From: Octopus sinensis
Taxonomy: Eukaryota
DNA length: 64,000 bases
Assembly: GCF_006345805.1 (NCBI RefSeq)
Contig: NC_042997.1
Span: forward strand, 166,780,001-166,844,000
Direction: 5' to 3'
Shown: piece by piece, positions 23,729-36,077 of the stretch
How positions within the stretch are numbered: position 1 is the first letter of the stretch
Layout: every line of letters starts with the position of its first letter
Notes under the pieces: model-generated
The model's database searches: none
Told to the model about the DNA's origin: nothing
The model's input: only the letters and a program-made list of their open reading frames with translations
Made by a program: the position numbers and the translations under genes

Positions 23729-23776
23729 GCATGAATATTTTACACTGAAAAGATATCTCTCTCTCTCCCTCCCGCT

Positions 23777-23810
<34 letters not shown>

Positions 23811-23870
23811 CTATCTATCCATCTGTCTATCTATCTATCTGTCTGTCTCCCTACCTACCTGTCTGCCTGT
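23640..23870. repeat. Compound (CA)n(CT)n(CTAT)n microsatellite
   Basis: Visible directly in the sequence. Confidence 0.9.
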
Positions 23871-24234
23871 ATGTCTGTCTGACTGTCTATCCTTTCCCCA
23901 TCCTTTATTATTTCTCCCTCTTTCTTGATTGCCTTGAAACCTCTCTCTCTCTCTCTCTTTTTATTTCCCCACCCCCTTTGTTTTCGTTCTGTCTTTCCCC
24001 CTCTTCCCAAAAAGCAAAAGCAAAAACATTTTTCTTCTCTTCTAAACAAAGCAAAAAAATATTCAATTCATATAAATGAACAATGAAACGTTCTGTTTTT
24101 ATCATTTTGAATTCGATTTTGTCTTGACGAGTTCGATAAACGAACGAAAGCGCTAATAAAGAATTATTCAAAATTCTGACTGCCTCCTTTTTCTCAATAT
24201 ACAATATGTGTACACCACTTCAAACTCTATCAGA

Positions 24235-25443
24235 TTTACGATGGAGCAGTCGTAATGGCAAGAACACTAAACGGAGTACAGAGCAAGCTAAGGGATAAAG
24301 GATTTAGACACAGCACTTCATTCACTGCCATGCTCATAAACTTAACTTAGTCTTGAGTAAAAATGCCGAGAAGGTGAGTGGAGTAAAAATGATTTTTTTA
24401 TCATTTACGCGCATTTAGTAAATTTACATATTCCACTACCAAGTGGAAAAACGTTTTCAGGCAACTTAGTGTCAGTATTCCATCACTGTGCGAAACAAGA
24501 TGGTGCTATAGATCAAGAACTGTGTCATCCATAAAACTATTGCATGAAAATTTGAAAAATGCCTTCACAAGTATTCTAGGCTCTTGAGATGAAGATACAC
24601 TTTATCAAACAGATAATCTATTGACAAAGTTGAATGCTTTCGCATTCATGTTTTTCATCAATTGCTTTCATAACATACTTTCTCAGGTTGGCGAAGTCTC
24701 TGATATCCTACAGTGTAAGCTGCTTGACATAAAGCATAGTCAGAGTAAATTACATGACTTCATTCATTGTGTTGAAGGTTATCGTAAGAACGAACATTAT
24801 AAAAACATTCTGCGCGATACAGCTGCTGTCATTGAACAGGCAGATGAGTCCGATCCTCCTCCTAGAAAAAGAGTCAGAAGTGCACAAATTATTTACAAAT
24901 TTTGAAATAATTTATAACATTCTAATGTCCTTACGAAAAAGATTTTCTGGCATTCAGGAGTATGCATTTTTTGAATTACTAGGCATTAATAAGTTTGAAG
25001 AGTTTGCTAACTCGTTTCCAATGCGACATGTGGACTCTCTAGAAAACAAGTATCCCTGTGTTTTTGACTGTAAGAGCTTACTGAACGAGCTAAAATATAT
25101 GTATATTGACAGTGATTTCAAAAAGTGCAAGTCAATCAACCTCATTTTAGAATTACTGTTTAAATTGGAGTTGACTTCTGCTATGCCGGAACCCATCAAA
25201 CTAATTAAGCTAGTGCTGACTATCCCCTTAACATCAGTCGCTAATGAGAGAAGTTTCTCAACGTTGGATAGAATCCGCTCATAACTGAGAAGCACAATGG
25301 CCCAAGAAAAGCTGTCTTCACTGGCTCGTATTTCCACCGAGAAAAACATTTTGAAGGACTAGGACAGCAAGAAGGAGCTGCATAACAGGATATTAGACGA
25401 CTTAGCCATCAAACCAAGACGACTGGAGTTCATGTATAAATGA
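24235..25443 (+). pseudogene. hAT transposase pseudogene (ZMYM1/Tip100-like); probable right end near 25629
   Basis: DGAVVMA..LNGVQ, HFIHCHAHKLNLVL, and the hAT dimerisation motif LTIPLTSVANERSFSTL.RI...LRSTM.QEKLSSLA. Contains frameshifts and stops. Confidence 0.9.
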
Positions 25444-26114
25444 AGTAATTTTTATATCAAAACTATATTTCTGTGGCATTCTTTCGCTAGTCGCAGCAAA
25501 CTTGCTTACTGTTGAATTATAAGTGCACATATACGTCTGCATTACGTCTCTTACTTTCGTTTATACATGAGTCTTATACGAAATCGGTGACGAGCCCGAA
25601 TGATGCTGATGACCTGTAGTCACCTCTGATATACGTATACACTCAAGTACTTACCTATATGTAATATATATTTACACAGAGGGAGAGACAGATGAGTATA
25701 TTATGTGAGTATGCTAGTGTGTAAATGTTTGCTTGTGTATGCTTTTATATGCATATTAAGCAGGAGGACGTATACACGCAAGTATGCTTGTCGAGGGTAT
25801 ATACGTGTTCATATATCTAATGAGAAACAAATCAAGGAATAGGAAACAAGCGATCAGCAACATCTTCCAAAGAGAAAATATACCTACTATGACTCACACC
25901 TGTCCACTTTACATATACGTATTTGTCACAAGACACCTGCACAAGTGAGGGAATACCTGAGTAACCAGAATGTGCAGAATGTGTTTAAATAAAAAGTGAA
26001 GGCTTCGGACAACTAGACAGAGAGAAAAAAACGACAAACATACACGCGCGTGCGCTTATGTATATAAATAATATATATATTTATATATATTTACACACAC
26101 ACACACACACACAC

Positions 26115-26149
<35 letters not shown>

Positions 26150-26195
26150 TTATAAACATGTATATGTATATATATTTATATACATGTATATATAT

Positions 26196-26427
26196 ATAAA
26201 TTAAGAAATGGACTTAAACGCAGGTGTTATTCAAATTTTTATATTTCCGACATATGTTTCGAAGAAAAGATTAGTATTATTCCCGAGGGAATGAAATGAT
26301 GTAAAGCAATGTAATCATTTACATCATTTTATTCCTTCAAGAATAATACCAATGATTTCTTCGAAACATATGTGGGAAGTATAAAGATTTGAATAACATC
26401 TGCGTTTAGCTCTATTTCTTAATTTAT
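26196..26427. repeat. 232-bp imperfect palindrome (fold-back)
   Basis: Arms of about 110 bp, centre near 26311. Confidence 0.85.
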
Positions 26428-26946
26428 CTATGTCATACCAAAACATTTCGCTAAACCCTAGAACTTCTACCTTTATAAGTTGGCTGTTACATTCTTGGCA
26501 CTTATGTAAATTTTTACTACCCTGGTAACTATTTATTTATATTTTCCGTGTTATTTGTAAATATATATATTGAAAAAAATACACATACATGTATATATAT
26601 ATATACACACACACGTATGTGCATTTTTCAATATATATATATATATACATGTATATATACATATGTATGTATATGTATGTATTTATATATATATATGTAT
26701 GTATGCGTAGGGTGTAAAAATAAAAATAACAATGGAGACGAATTAAAAGCAAACAAATAAACAAGGTATATTAGGAAAATTGGAAGGAGTCTATAACGCT
26801 TCGAGTATACGCTCATCTACGGAAGGGAGAGATGAGGAGATACTATTAAAATATAAATAAATAAAAAAGAAAAAGAAATGAAGTAAAGAAAAGAAGAAAA
26901 GAGCAACCGAGTCTCAGTTATATGCTCACTGCATGTAGAATATATA

Positions 26947-26984
<38 letters not shown>

Positions 26985-27096
26985 TATATATTATACTATA
27001 TATATATATTTTATACTATATATATTATACTATATATATATGTTTATATATATATGTATGTATGTATATATATATTGTATCGCATTTAACTTTGTT

Positions 27097-27170
<74 letters not shown>

Positions 27171-27330
27171 TAATATATTTATATATATAGTATAATATAT
27201 CTACATACATTTGTATACAGTATTATGTATTTATCAAAATACGTTTATGTTCACTGAAGTACATGACCTTACACGCATACACACATATATGCACTATGCA
27301 TATATGAGTGTATGCATTCTAGTATATATG

Positions 27331-27364
<34 letters not shown>

Positions 27365-28056
27365 CATAAATGTGAGTGTACATGTATATATGTATGCATG
27401 TTTTTTATATAGATATACATAACACCTATACACATGCACGTAAATACATATACACTCGCACACAAATACATATATACGCACAAGCAAGAATGTGGACACA
27501 TGCACACATACACAAAAAGAAAAAGATAAATAAAAGGAACCAGTTCAATGGATAAATAGTGAGACAGCGTCAAATAGATTAAATGAATATTAATTTCAAG
27601 ATAAATGAAATATTGGACTCACCTCATTCCTTCCGAAGTTTATGTGTTAAATGCTAAATTTGTATTATTAGTTTACGCAATTCTTTAACACACTCCTTTA
27701 TCTACATATATATATATATGTATGTAGGTAGGTATATCCTTAAGAGAAGTAGTTTCTGCAAGTATATTTACAACACAAGGAGCTGGTTGATAATAAAATA
27801 CCAGATGTATTTTACAGAAATCTAAGCTTGTTCGACTTGTCAGTAGCTGGGTACAAGTTCAGCGTTTACCGAGTGTCTGTGGGAGAAGGTTGTGGTGATC
27901 ATTATTTTAACAGTAAAGTTCAAAAGATCTATGAGTAATAAAGGTCCTAAATACATACTACAGCGGTAATTCGTCTATCATTATAAATACATAATGAAAG
28001 AATTTGGATAGAAGGATGAAGGCGGGACTTAGGTAATTTTCTAGTAGCACGTTTGC

Positions 28057-28069
<13 letters not shown>

Positions 28070-28130
<61 letters not shown>

Positions 28131-28143
28131 GTCTGTCTATCTG

Positions 28144-28213
<70 letters not shown>
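28070..28213. repeat. (TATC)n microsatellite; another at 28483-28567
   Basis: Visible directly in the sequence. Confidence 0.95.
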
Positions 28214-28215
<2 letters not shown>

Positions 28216-28482
28216 CAAACACACACACGCACTCACATATACATACATTTTCTAGGGTAGTACCCGTCAAAAATAAGGGGCTTAGTTTAGGACTTGCGTA
28301 CCATTATCGTAAAAAATAATTACATTTTTAGTAAGAAGAGTATATGTCCCTCCACAGGGAAAAACAGAATTTCTTTTCTTCGTAGCATCTATTAAATTAT
28401 ATACGCTATACATCACATGGTTCATTTTCAAAGCAAAACAGAAAAAGGAATAAAAAATGAAGAGAAGAAACAAATTACATTG

Positions 28483-28568
<86 letters not shown>

Positions 28569-29103
28569 ACTCGCCTTGCCAGTTTATAGGGAATACCGTT
28601 GAAATTAGAGGTTGAACCAGCCTCTGATTTCCACGGCATTCCACCGAGGTCGATTTTACCTTTCATCCTTTCGCTACTTATGAAATAATTACCAGTTACG
28701 CACTGGGGTCGATGTAATCGACTAGCCCCGTCCTCCAAGGTTTCAGGCCTTGAGCCTATATTAAAAAGGTTATTTATAAGTAGACATTGTCTATTGTGGT
28801 TTCAAATTTACAAAACAATAGAATGTGGCTGGAAGAGAATTTGTGCCGGTTTTTCCCTGCACAGAACTTCCGTCATTAGATCGTTATTGATTATATTGAA
28901 ACATCGTTCGTTAATTCATAATTCTTTACGTATTCTATTAATTTTTTTGGTAGATTAGAAGCAATATGGAATATTTTACTATGTTAGACATTAATAATAG
29001 AAACGAAAATCTACAATAGATAGAAAGATATGAGAAAATTCCATGAAAAACATTAGCGTCTTTTGGTGGTAAAAGTGTAGAAAAAAAAATTCAAATTTAT
29101 ATT

Positions 29104-29624
29104 CAACTAGCAGTATCGCCCGGCGTTGCACGGGTTTGTAAAGGAAATAACTATATAAGCATTTTTAGAGAGTTACTTCCTTTATAGATGCCAATTCGGG
29201 CTTTCTTAGCCATTTCTGTTTTGGTGTCTTCAAGCCATGAAGTCGTTGTTCTAAAAGAACGCTGGTCTCCTTGACAACGCATTACGACGTTGATTTCCTT
29301 AAACTCCCTTCCCCACAGCTTCACGAGGGAGGGAAGAAGGGGGAGAAGCAAACACAGGTGCAGGTGTTTGAGCGTGGACGCCAACTCCGCCGCCATCGAC
29401 ACACGAAAAATTATGCATTAAAATGGAATAAAAAATGATGTTAAATTATTTTTAAAATCGTAGACTCATTGTAGACGCGCGCTAATATCCAGACGGGCTT
29501 GATATTAATCACGACTATAAGATACCCGAATTTGGTTAAACTGCACCGCAAAATGTGGGAGGAGTTAGGAATCTAAATCGTAGGAGACAGACACTCACAC
29601 AACTACAGTTTTATATATATAGAT
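29104..29624 (+). mobile_element. HINE/DINE-1-like non-autonomous Helentron
   Basis: Starts CAACTAGCAGTATCGCCCGGCGTTGCACGGG (subterminal hairpin). Has GGAGGAGTTAGG and GACAGAC near the 3' end and terminates TTTTATATATATAGAT. Confidence 0.75.
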
Positions 29625-29710
29625 TTGTGAGTAGTTAACGTGTTCTCATGCTTAAGGTGCCACGCAGGAGGACTGAACTTTGAACCATGTGGTTGGGAAG
29701 CAAGCTTCTT

Positions 29711-31432
29711 TATTTCATTAAATTGGCCATATACGCCTTACAAAGAGAAGCTTGTGACCTTTGACTAAATGTTTTCAGTTACTACCTCCGCAGCCACCTG
29801 CGGAGGCCATATCGGACTACTTGAGCAGACCAAGTGCACACGTTCTCGGTCACCCAAGCCGTCCAAAAATTTACTCACCGTACCTCCCTCGTGGTAAAGG
29901 AGGACAGACACTTCCTCTTCACAGGAAGGGACCTCACACTGCTCCGTCAGTGGAACACTTCCCACTGACGGAGCCCTATCCGCAAGTGGCACACATCCCA
30001 CCTGCGTCTCCGTCGGCGGCCCAGGAACATCCGCCGACCGTCCTCTGCTCCTCTTTTTCCTCTTTCTTTTTGAGGCTGCGGGAGCAGGAGGCAGCGTCGA
30101 CAGACGCGGGGGGTCGCTACTCTCCTCCGCCGCCTGAACATTCTTTGGTGAGCAACCATTGTTGCTCACCTTTCTTTTTCTTTTCGTGGAGGCAACTTCC
30201 TCCACGACTTCCACCGTCTCCCCTTCCAATGAGGGGGCGGCGAGCACCTTCTCTTTCTCATGCTCCAGGGCCCCACCACGGCCCCCTGGACAGTTCCTTT
30301 TGATATGGCCAGGCTCCAGGCACAGGTGACACTTGGAGGAGGCATCCCTCAAGTATCACCGGGTACCTGTACCCGGTTATTATTAGGAAGTCCTGAAACA
30401 TCATGTCTCCCACGGCCACTGGGGTCCACAGGGGTCCACAGAGTCAAAGTTGCCTTTGACCCCTCCCAGTCGACCGCGGGAGCAATCTTCACACTCAATA
30501 GCCTGGGCCCGCTATCCCCAGGCCTCGCCGGATGGTCTTCTCGATCCATCCCACCTCCGTGCCCGGGGGCAGCCCGCACACCCAGGCTCTTCTTATCTTC
30601 CTCCCACAATAAGTGGGGAGGAACAAAATTTCTTCTCCTTCAAGGGGCTCGCTGGCAGATCTGCCAGCTTCCTCGGGAGTACCAAACAGCAACCAGACCG
30701 TTGCAAATTTGGTCCCCGTGAAAAAAATTTTATAGTTGGCAGGTAGTCTGCCAACTCTCTCTCTCTATTACACTCTTGTCGAATAGGGCGATGGCACAGC
30801 ACGACATAGAATAGGTCCGTAGTACCACCGCCATCTTCTCAAGATCTTTAATCCACTGTTTGGGTGGGACCAAAACAGCGGCACCGTTTGTTTTTGCCAT
30901 GTGCAAAAAAGAAAGTCTTAAAAGACCCCTCCAAAAAAAATACCAAGTTCAAAGAGAATGTAAAAAGGTACACAAAAAAAAATCCAAAAATTAATTAATA
31001 GTTCAAAAGGAAGGAAAAAATCAGGAAGGATTAACGGAAAAAATAAAAACAGTTCAATCTCCTGGCCAACAGGTAATCCCGGCCTAATGTGGATAGGGTC
31101 ATTGGCATAAATCTTTTGGTAAATTAATCCAACAATTCAAGCAGTGCTGGCTACAGCCAACGGTAACTGCAACAGCAACAGGTTCCATTCGGGCGAGGAT
31201 ACGCCCCACCAAAAATGAATCCAATAAATTATCAATACACAAAAACAGCAGCTGCCGAGAGCAGGCGAAATTGTCGCAGAGCTGGGCACAATTTACTGAA
31301 AAAATAATTCGCACGCAGTAAATTATGCCCAGCTCACGACAAACAAAATCACCTACCTCGACAACCTTCTCTGTTTTTGTTCTTTTTTCTTTTTAGGACG
31401 GAGCTCAAAGCTCACATCCTCACTGTTCGACC
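29711..31432 (-). mobile_element. ORF1-only Tx1/L1-like non-LTR retroelement ('half-Tx1')
   Basis: 15-bp TSD GGAAGCAAGCTTCTT at 29696-29710 and 31433-31447. ~530-bp 5'UTR. ORF1 is followed directly by a ~55-bp 3' end (...AATTTAATGAAATA). No endonuclease or RT. Confidence 0.8.
29765..30900 (-). CDS. Tx1/L1-type ORF1 protein (RRM-like region, CCHC zinc knuckle, basic disordered tail); frameshifted
   Basis: MAKTNGAAVLVPPKQW...GLPPGTEV...YPVILEG..KCHLCLEPGHIKRNCP...KRKRKK, assembled from track ORFs 30593-30802, 30495-30692, 30349-30609 and 29765-30352. Confidence 0.75.
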
Positions 31433-33599
31433 GGAAGCAAGCTTCTTACTACACAGCCATATTTAATTATCAATTTCTCTCTGAGTTTCATAAACTGTTC
31501 TCAAAAATGGATTTTATTTTCTGCTTTCGAATCGGCATTGTTTGACGGATTCGGTGCCATGTGGTGATAAAAGGAAGAAACATGTCTTATAATTAGATAT
31601 CTATAATAACTTTTAAATCATAGGATGCGCCGCAATACCGGAGTAATCACCGTAAGAAGTCTCTTAGATATGTGTCTAGTGTGTGACACAGAGATATTAG
31701 TAGTATATGAGAATTATCAAGTACCAGTGGCGGAACTGTTGTATCACTTCATTTCAGCACGTTTTGTACTTCATCAGCAAGAAGTACGTGCTAACACTGC
31801 ATGTTAACCAAATCTCTCTTCCACTGTCTATTCGGTCACTGAAGTCGCTAAGAGCAGGCAGGGCAGTTAAAAGTCAGCTATTAGCGGCGGAGGCAGCAGT
31901 ATTACAGAACGGTAATCTTTATATTCTACTTAACGTGGGTGTAATACTGCTTACAATATTCACCCTGAGGAACTGATGAAACACAACACACACTGAAATC
32001 AGGTGATGCAAGAGTTCGCTGCGGGTGCTTGACAATTCTCGCTTGCTGTCGATATCCCGAGACACATACACGAGAGAGTTTCTTGGGGTGAATACTACAG
32101 TATTACGACGCTCCTATAATAAATCCACGTTTAGTAAGAAACAAATGTTAGTACTCGGTAATAATACCGCCTCTGTCGGTAATATCTAATTACCAAATAT
32201 CTTTATACATTCTTGCTCCAAACCTCATTAAATGTAGCCATACTGAAGCATACTTTCTAGATTATGACTCTTCGTAAGGAAGAGATGAATCTATAAACGG
32301 AAGGATTACCTTTCCATTTTAATTTAGCCTTATCAATTATGATTAATTTAGAATCAGTCATCTACTATCACTGAAATAATGATTTCTGAATGGGTTAATT
32401 GTCTATCAAGTCGTTTTCTCCAAGTTTGTATTTCGCGATTTAAAGGCTGTAATTCAAGAGAAATTTGAATGCTTCTTCTAGTACATCGCATGACCTTGTA
32501 GAGACTCGTTTTTTAGATTTTCGTTGCCTATATTTAAATCTTAATCGTTGATTCATAATTTCTTCATATTTTTATTATCATTAAGTTTTTTTTCTATACA
32601 TCTAATCATGATGGCATATTTTGTTGAGTTAGAGAGTAAAAATAAGAACAATAACAATACAGAAAATTAAACAGGTGAAAAAATTCGATGAAACAAGGGC
32701 CTATTACTATAGTGACAGTTCAGTAAAAGCGGATAGCCGGTTCTGTCTTTTAAGAGACATGCATATTTGATCTCAGTTGGGCGCTATTGGTAGAACTCGT
32801 TTCGGTTTTTTGTCAGGGTAATTATTTATTATCATTAAAATTGTCGTTAAGCCACGAACGGCGAAGAATAATTTACATCTGAAATCTTCGCTGCTACTTG
32901 TTACATACAATTTACATTTGACATTATTTTTCATGTCTCTATTTAAACTATATGAGCAAGTTCTATGTTAATTTCCGGATCAATAATCAACATACAAATT
33001 CAAACTCACTATCCGTAGCTTTCCTCTAGAAAAAAATTTAGGCCTTAGTTCATAGAAGGAATAAAGAGTAGAAAAGCTAGAGATTCGTTAAGTCATATCA
33101 GCTTCGAACAAATTAGCACAAGCTTATGATTTCTGAAGCCCTTTTCAACATTGTTTGTGTTGTTGTGTTGCTTAGGCCGAGATCAACTCTGATTCAATAG
33201 TCACACGATTACATGCCTCATAGCAATGATCGACCCATCGTTATATATAAGCAAATGAACGTTGTCCAACGTGCTCTCACATCTGTAATACAGTGGGATG
33301 TGATTCTAAGAGAATTTGGACTGGTTTTCTCCTAGCGTAGAGACATCATTAATGGACTGTTATTGCTTATATTGAAACCTTATTGGTTAATTCATGATTC
33401 TTTTCGTATTCTATCAATTTTTTGATAGACATTGTATCAGTATAGGATATTTTATAATGTTGGACATTAACAAAAGGCACAAATCCCCACACTTATAGAA
33501 ACAGATAACGAAATTCGTTGAAATATATCCGGGTGTTATCAACGCAACGCTGGATTACCATTAAACATAAATGCTTGATGCACGTGCTCAGGGCATCAA

Positions 33600-33943
33600 A
33601 GGAAGGGAGGCTTCGCAGTAATAGTAAATGGTTTACGACACAAAAGAAATCACTTTAAACTTGCTAAAATAATATTAGGGATGCCTTATCTCTATAAGGT
33701 ATAGAAGTAGATGTGTTACATAAGATTCATTTTAAGGATCTGATCAAAGACTTTGCAATTAAACATAGTAGGAGAATACTTTTCAAATGTAAATGAAGTG
33801 GATGCATATAAAAATAATTATTTTCCTTCTTGTCATCAGTTTTGTTTTATTTTGAAAAATTAAAAAAAAAACATTTTATGGTTTATTATTGTTTATATTT
33901 TGAATTAAGTGCTTAGAACCCCCTATGGGTTTTAATCCGGTTC
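33600..33943 (+). mobile_element. hAT 3' terminal remnant; the same end recurs at about 36470-36518
   Basis: IEVDVLHKIHFKDLIKDFAIKHSRRIL resembles a hAT C-terminus. The end AATCCGG(T/C)(T/C)CTG is the reverse complement of a CAGGGCCGGATT-like TIR. Confidence 0.5.
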
Positions 33944-34004
33944 TGGGTGTTATGGTAATGAAAGTTTTTGGAAAAGCAGATACATATTTATAGGAAGAAA
34001 GATG

Positions 34005-34435
34005 GGATCTTTTCGGTTTGAACGGCAGTTTTTAACATAATTTCTAGGTAACTAAAAAATTTTAAACTTCGTATACTGGTAGAATGTGTTTATAAAACAT
34101 CTTTTTCTCTTGGCTTTATTGAGAAAATTCTATAGTTTGTAAGATATTTGTTGTTTTTTTTTCCTTCAATTTCTGCAATTTCAACCAATCAATGACGTCC
34201 ATTGAGGTAAAAAACATTCTGTGCCGTATGAATATGTCCCTCGTTTAAGAAACAGATTGGGTTTATTTACATTTGTGAAGAAAAAAAGATACCCTTCCCC
34301 CACCCCTAACCCTAACCCTAACCCTATCCCTAAAACAGATTGAAATGCAATAGATCGATACTAGGGTCATAATTATGGGTGACAATTTCATATGACACCG
34401 CTAGAAAAAAACTGCCGTTCAAACCGAAAAGACCC
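34005..34435 (-). mobile_element. Merlin-like MITE with (CCCTAA)n, copy 2
   Basis: 8-bp TSD GAAAGATG at 33997-34004 and 34436-34443. The paralogous array unit shows the empty site, a single GAAAGATG at 36552-36559. Confidence 0.85.
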
Positions 34436-34839
34436 GAAAGATGAGTTATCAGTACGCTTTTAAATTTTTCAATAGAAAGATACATTTCAATTTCTGTCAA
34501 TGTTATCGATGACCATTTTCGACTTTAAATTATTACTCAGCGACGTAAAAGACGAGATAACAATTTGCGTCTGTTATTTTTAGCGATGATCATTTTCGAC
34601 TTTATGTTATTGCTAACCAACGTACAACAATTGACAATAATTTACACTGGAAAACTTGGTGGTTAATTCGTTAATCACAAATTATATTTGATATTTGTTG
34701 GCACGTATCCTGTTTCGGTATCTACATTCTATCTATATTATATGAACATGATGTCTGGAATAACAGTCCAAATATGGACAGTACAGTTGTGACATTGTCA
34801 AACACATTCCAATTAAAATTTATTGTACAAGCACCAGTT

Positions 34840-34952
34840 GTCAGGATGGCCGAGTGGTCTAAGGCGCCAGACTCAAGATTTAGTTACTTAACCGGAACGT
34901 AGAGTATTCTGGTCCACGCATGTGGTCGTGGGTTCGAATCCCACTCCTGACA
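34840..34952 (+). tRNA. trnL: tRNA-Leu(CAA) with 29-nt intron (34878-34906)
   Basis: GTCAGGATGGCCGAGTGGTCTAAGGCGCCAGACTCAAG-intron-TTCTGG...GTGGGTTCGAATCCCACTCCTGACA. Full cloverleaf, long variable arm, downstream TTTT. Confidence 0.93.
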
Positions 34953-35674
34953 GCAATTACATTTTATTAGTCTATTTTTTCTTCCGGATATTTTCTGGGA
35001 CTTTTTGTTTTATATTCTTATATATTTATATATTTATTTCTCTCTCAGTCTCGTGAACTGTTTTCGTGAATATATTTCGTTTTCTGCTTTCGAATCGGCG
35101 TTGTTTGACGTATTCGGTGCCATATGGTGACAAAAGGAAGAAGCATGTCTCATAATTACACATATCTATGGTAACTTTTATCCCCTTTTTAACGTAAATG
35201 TATAATAGGAGCACCACAATACCGGAATAATCATCGTGAGAAAGTCTTTTAGATATGTGTCAAGTGCAGAATAACACAGAGATATCGGTTGCATATGAGA
35301 ATTGTCAAGCACCAACACGGCATGTTGACCAAATCTCCCTTACGAGAAATATAGAGAACTACTGTGTATTCAGCCACTGGTGTCGCTCATAGCCGGCAGG
35401 CCGACCGGTTAAAGGATAGATATTAGCGGCTGAAGCAGCATTATTACAGAATGGCAATCTTTATATCATACTTAACGCGGGTGTATTATAGGAGAGCCGT
35501 AATACTGCATGCAGTATTCACCCAGCGAGACCGATGAAATGTAAGTCACACTGAAATGACGTGATACAAGCGTTAGCTACCAGTGCTTGACAATTCTCGT
35601 CTGCTCTGGATATCGTTGTGATTTTATACACAAGACATATATACGAGAGACTTTCCCAGGGTGAATACTATACT

Positions 35675-36077
35675 ATCTACTTGTTTCAGTCATTTGACTG
35701 TGGCCATGCTGGAGCACCGCCTTTAGTCGAGCAAATCGACCCCGGGACTTATTCTTTGGAAGCCTAGTACTTATGCAATCGGTCTCTTTTGCCGAACCGC
35801 TAAGTTACGGGGACGTAAACACACCAGCATCGGTTGTCAAGCGATGTTGGGGGAACAAACACAGACACACAAACATATACTACGCACACACAATACATAT
35901 ATATACATATACATATATACGACGGGCTTCTTTCAGTTTCCGTCTACCAAATCCACTCACAAAGCTTTGGTCTGCCCGAGGCTATAGTAGAAGACACTTA
36001 CCCAAGGTGCCACGCAGTGGGACTGAACCCGGAACCATGTGGTTGGTAAGCAAGCTACTTACCACACCGCCACTCCT
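35675..36077 (-). mobile_element. CORE-type tRNA-derived SINE (octopus OK/OR-like)
   Basis: Head GGAGTGGC.GTGTGGTAAGTAGCTTGCTT..GGTTCAGTCCC, then CCTTGGG.AAGTGTCTT and an internal microsatellite. Further copies at about 46200-46500, 48225-48642, 51165-51312, 52010-52425, 56270-56640, 58730-58900, 60605-60765 and 61195-61600. Confidence 0.85.

Noticed and set aside
31971-32000. CTGATGA...CTGA as a C/D-box snoRNA or HHR core
   Set aside because: The C-box is not conserved in the paralogous unit (CCGATGA), and there is no terminal stem or helix II.
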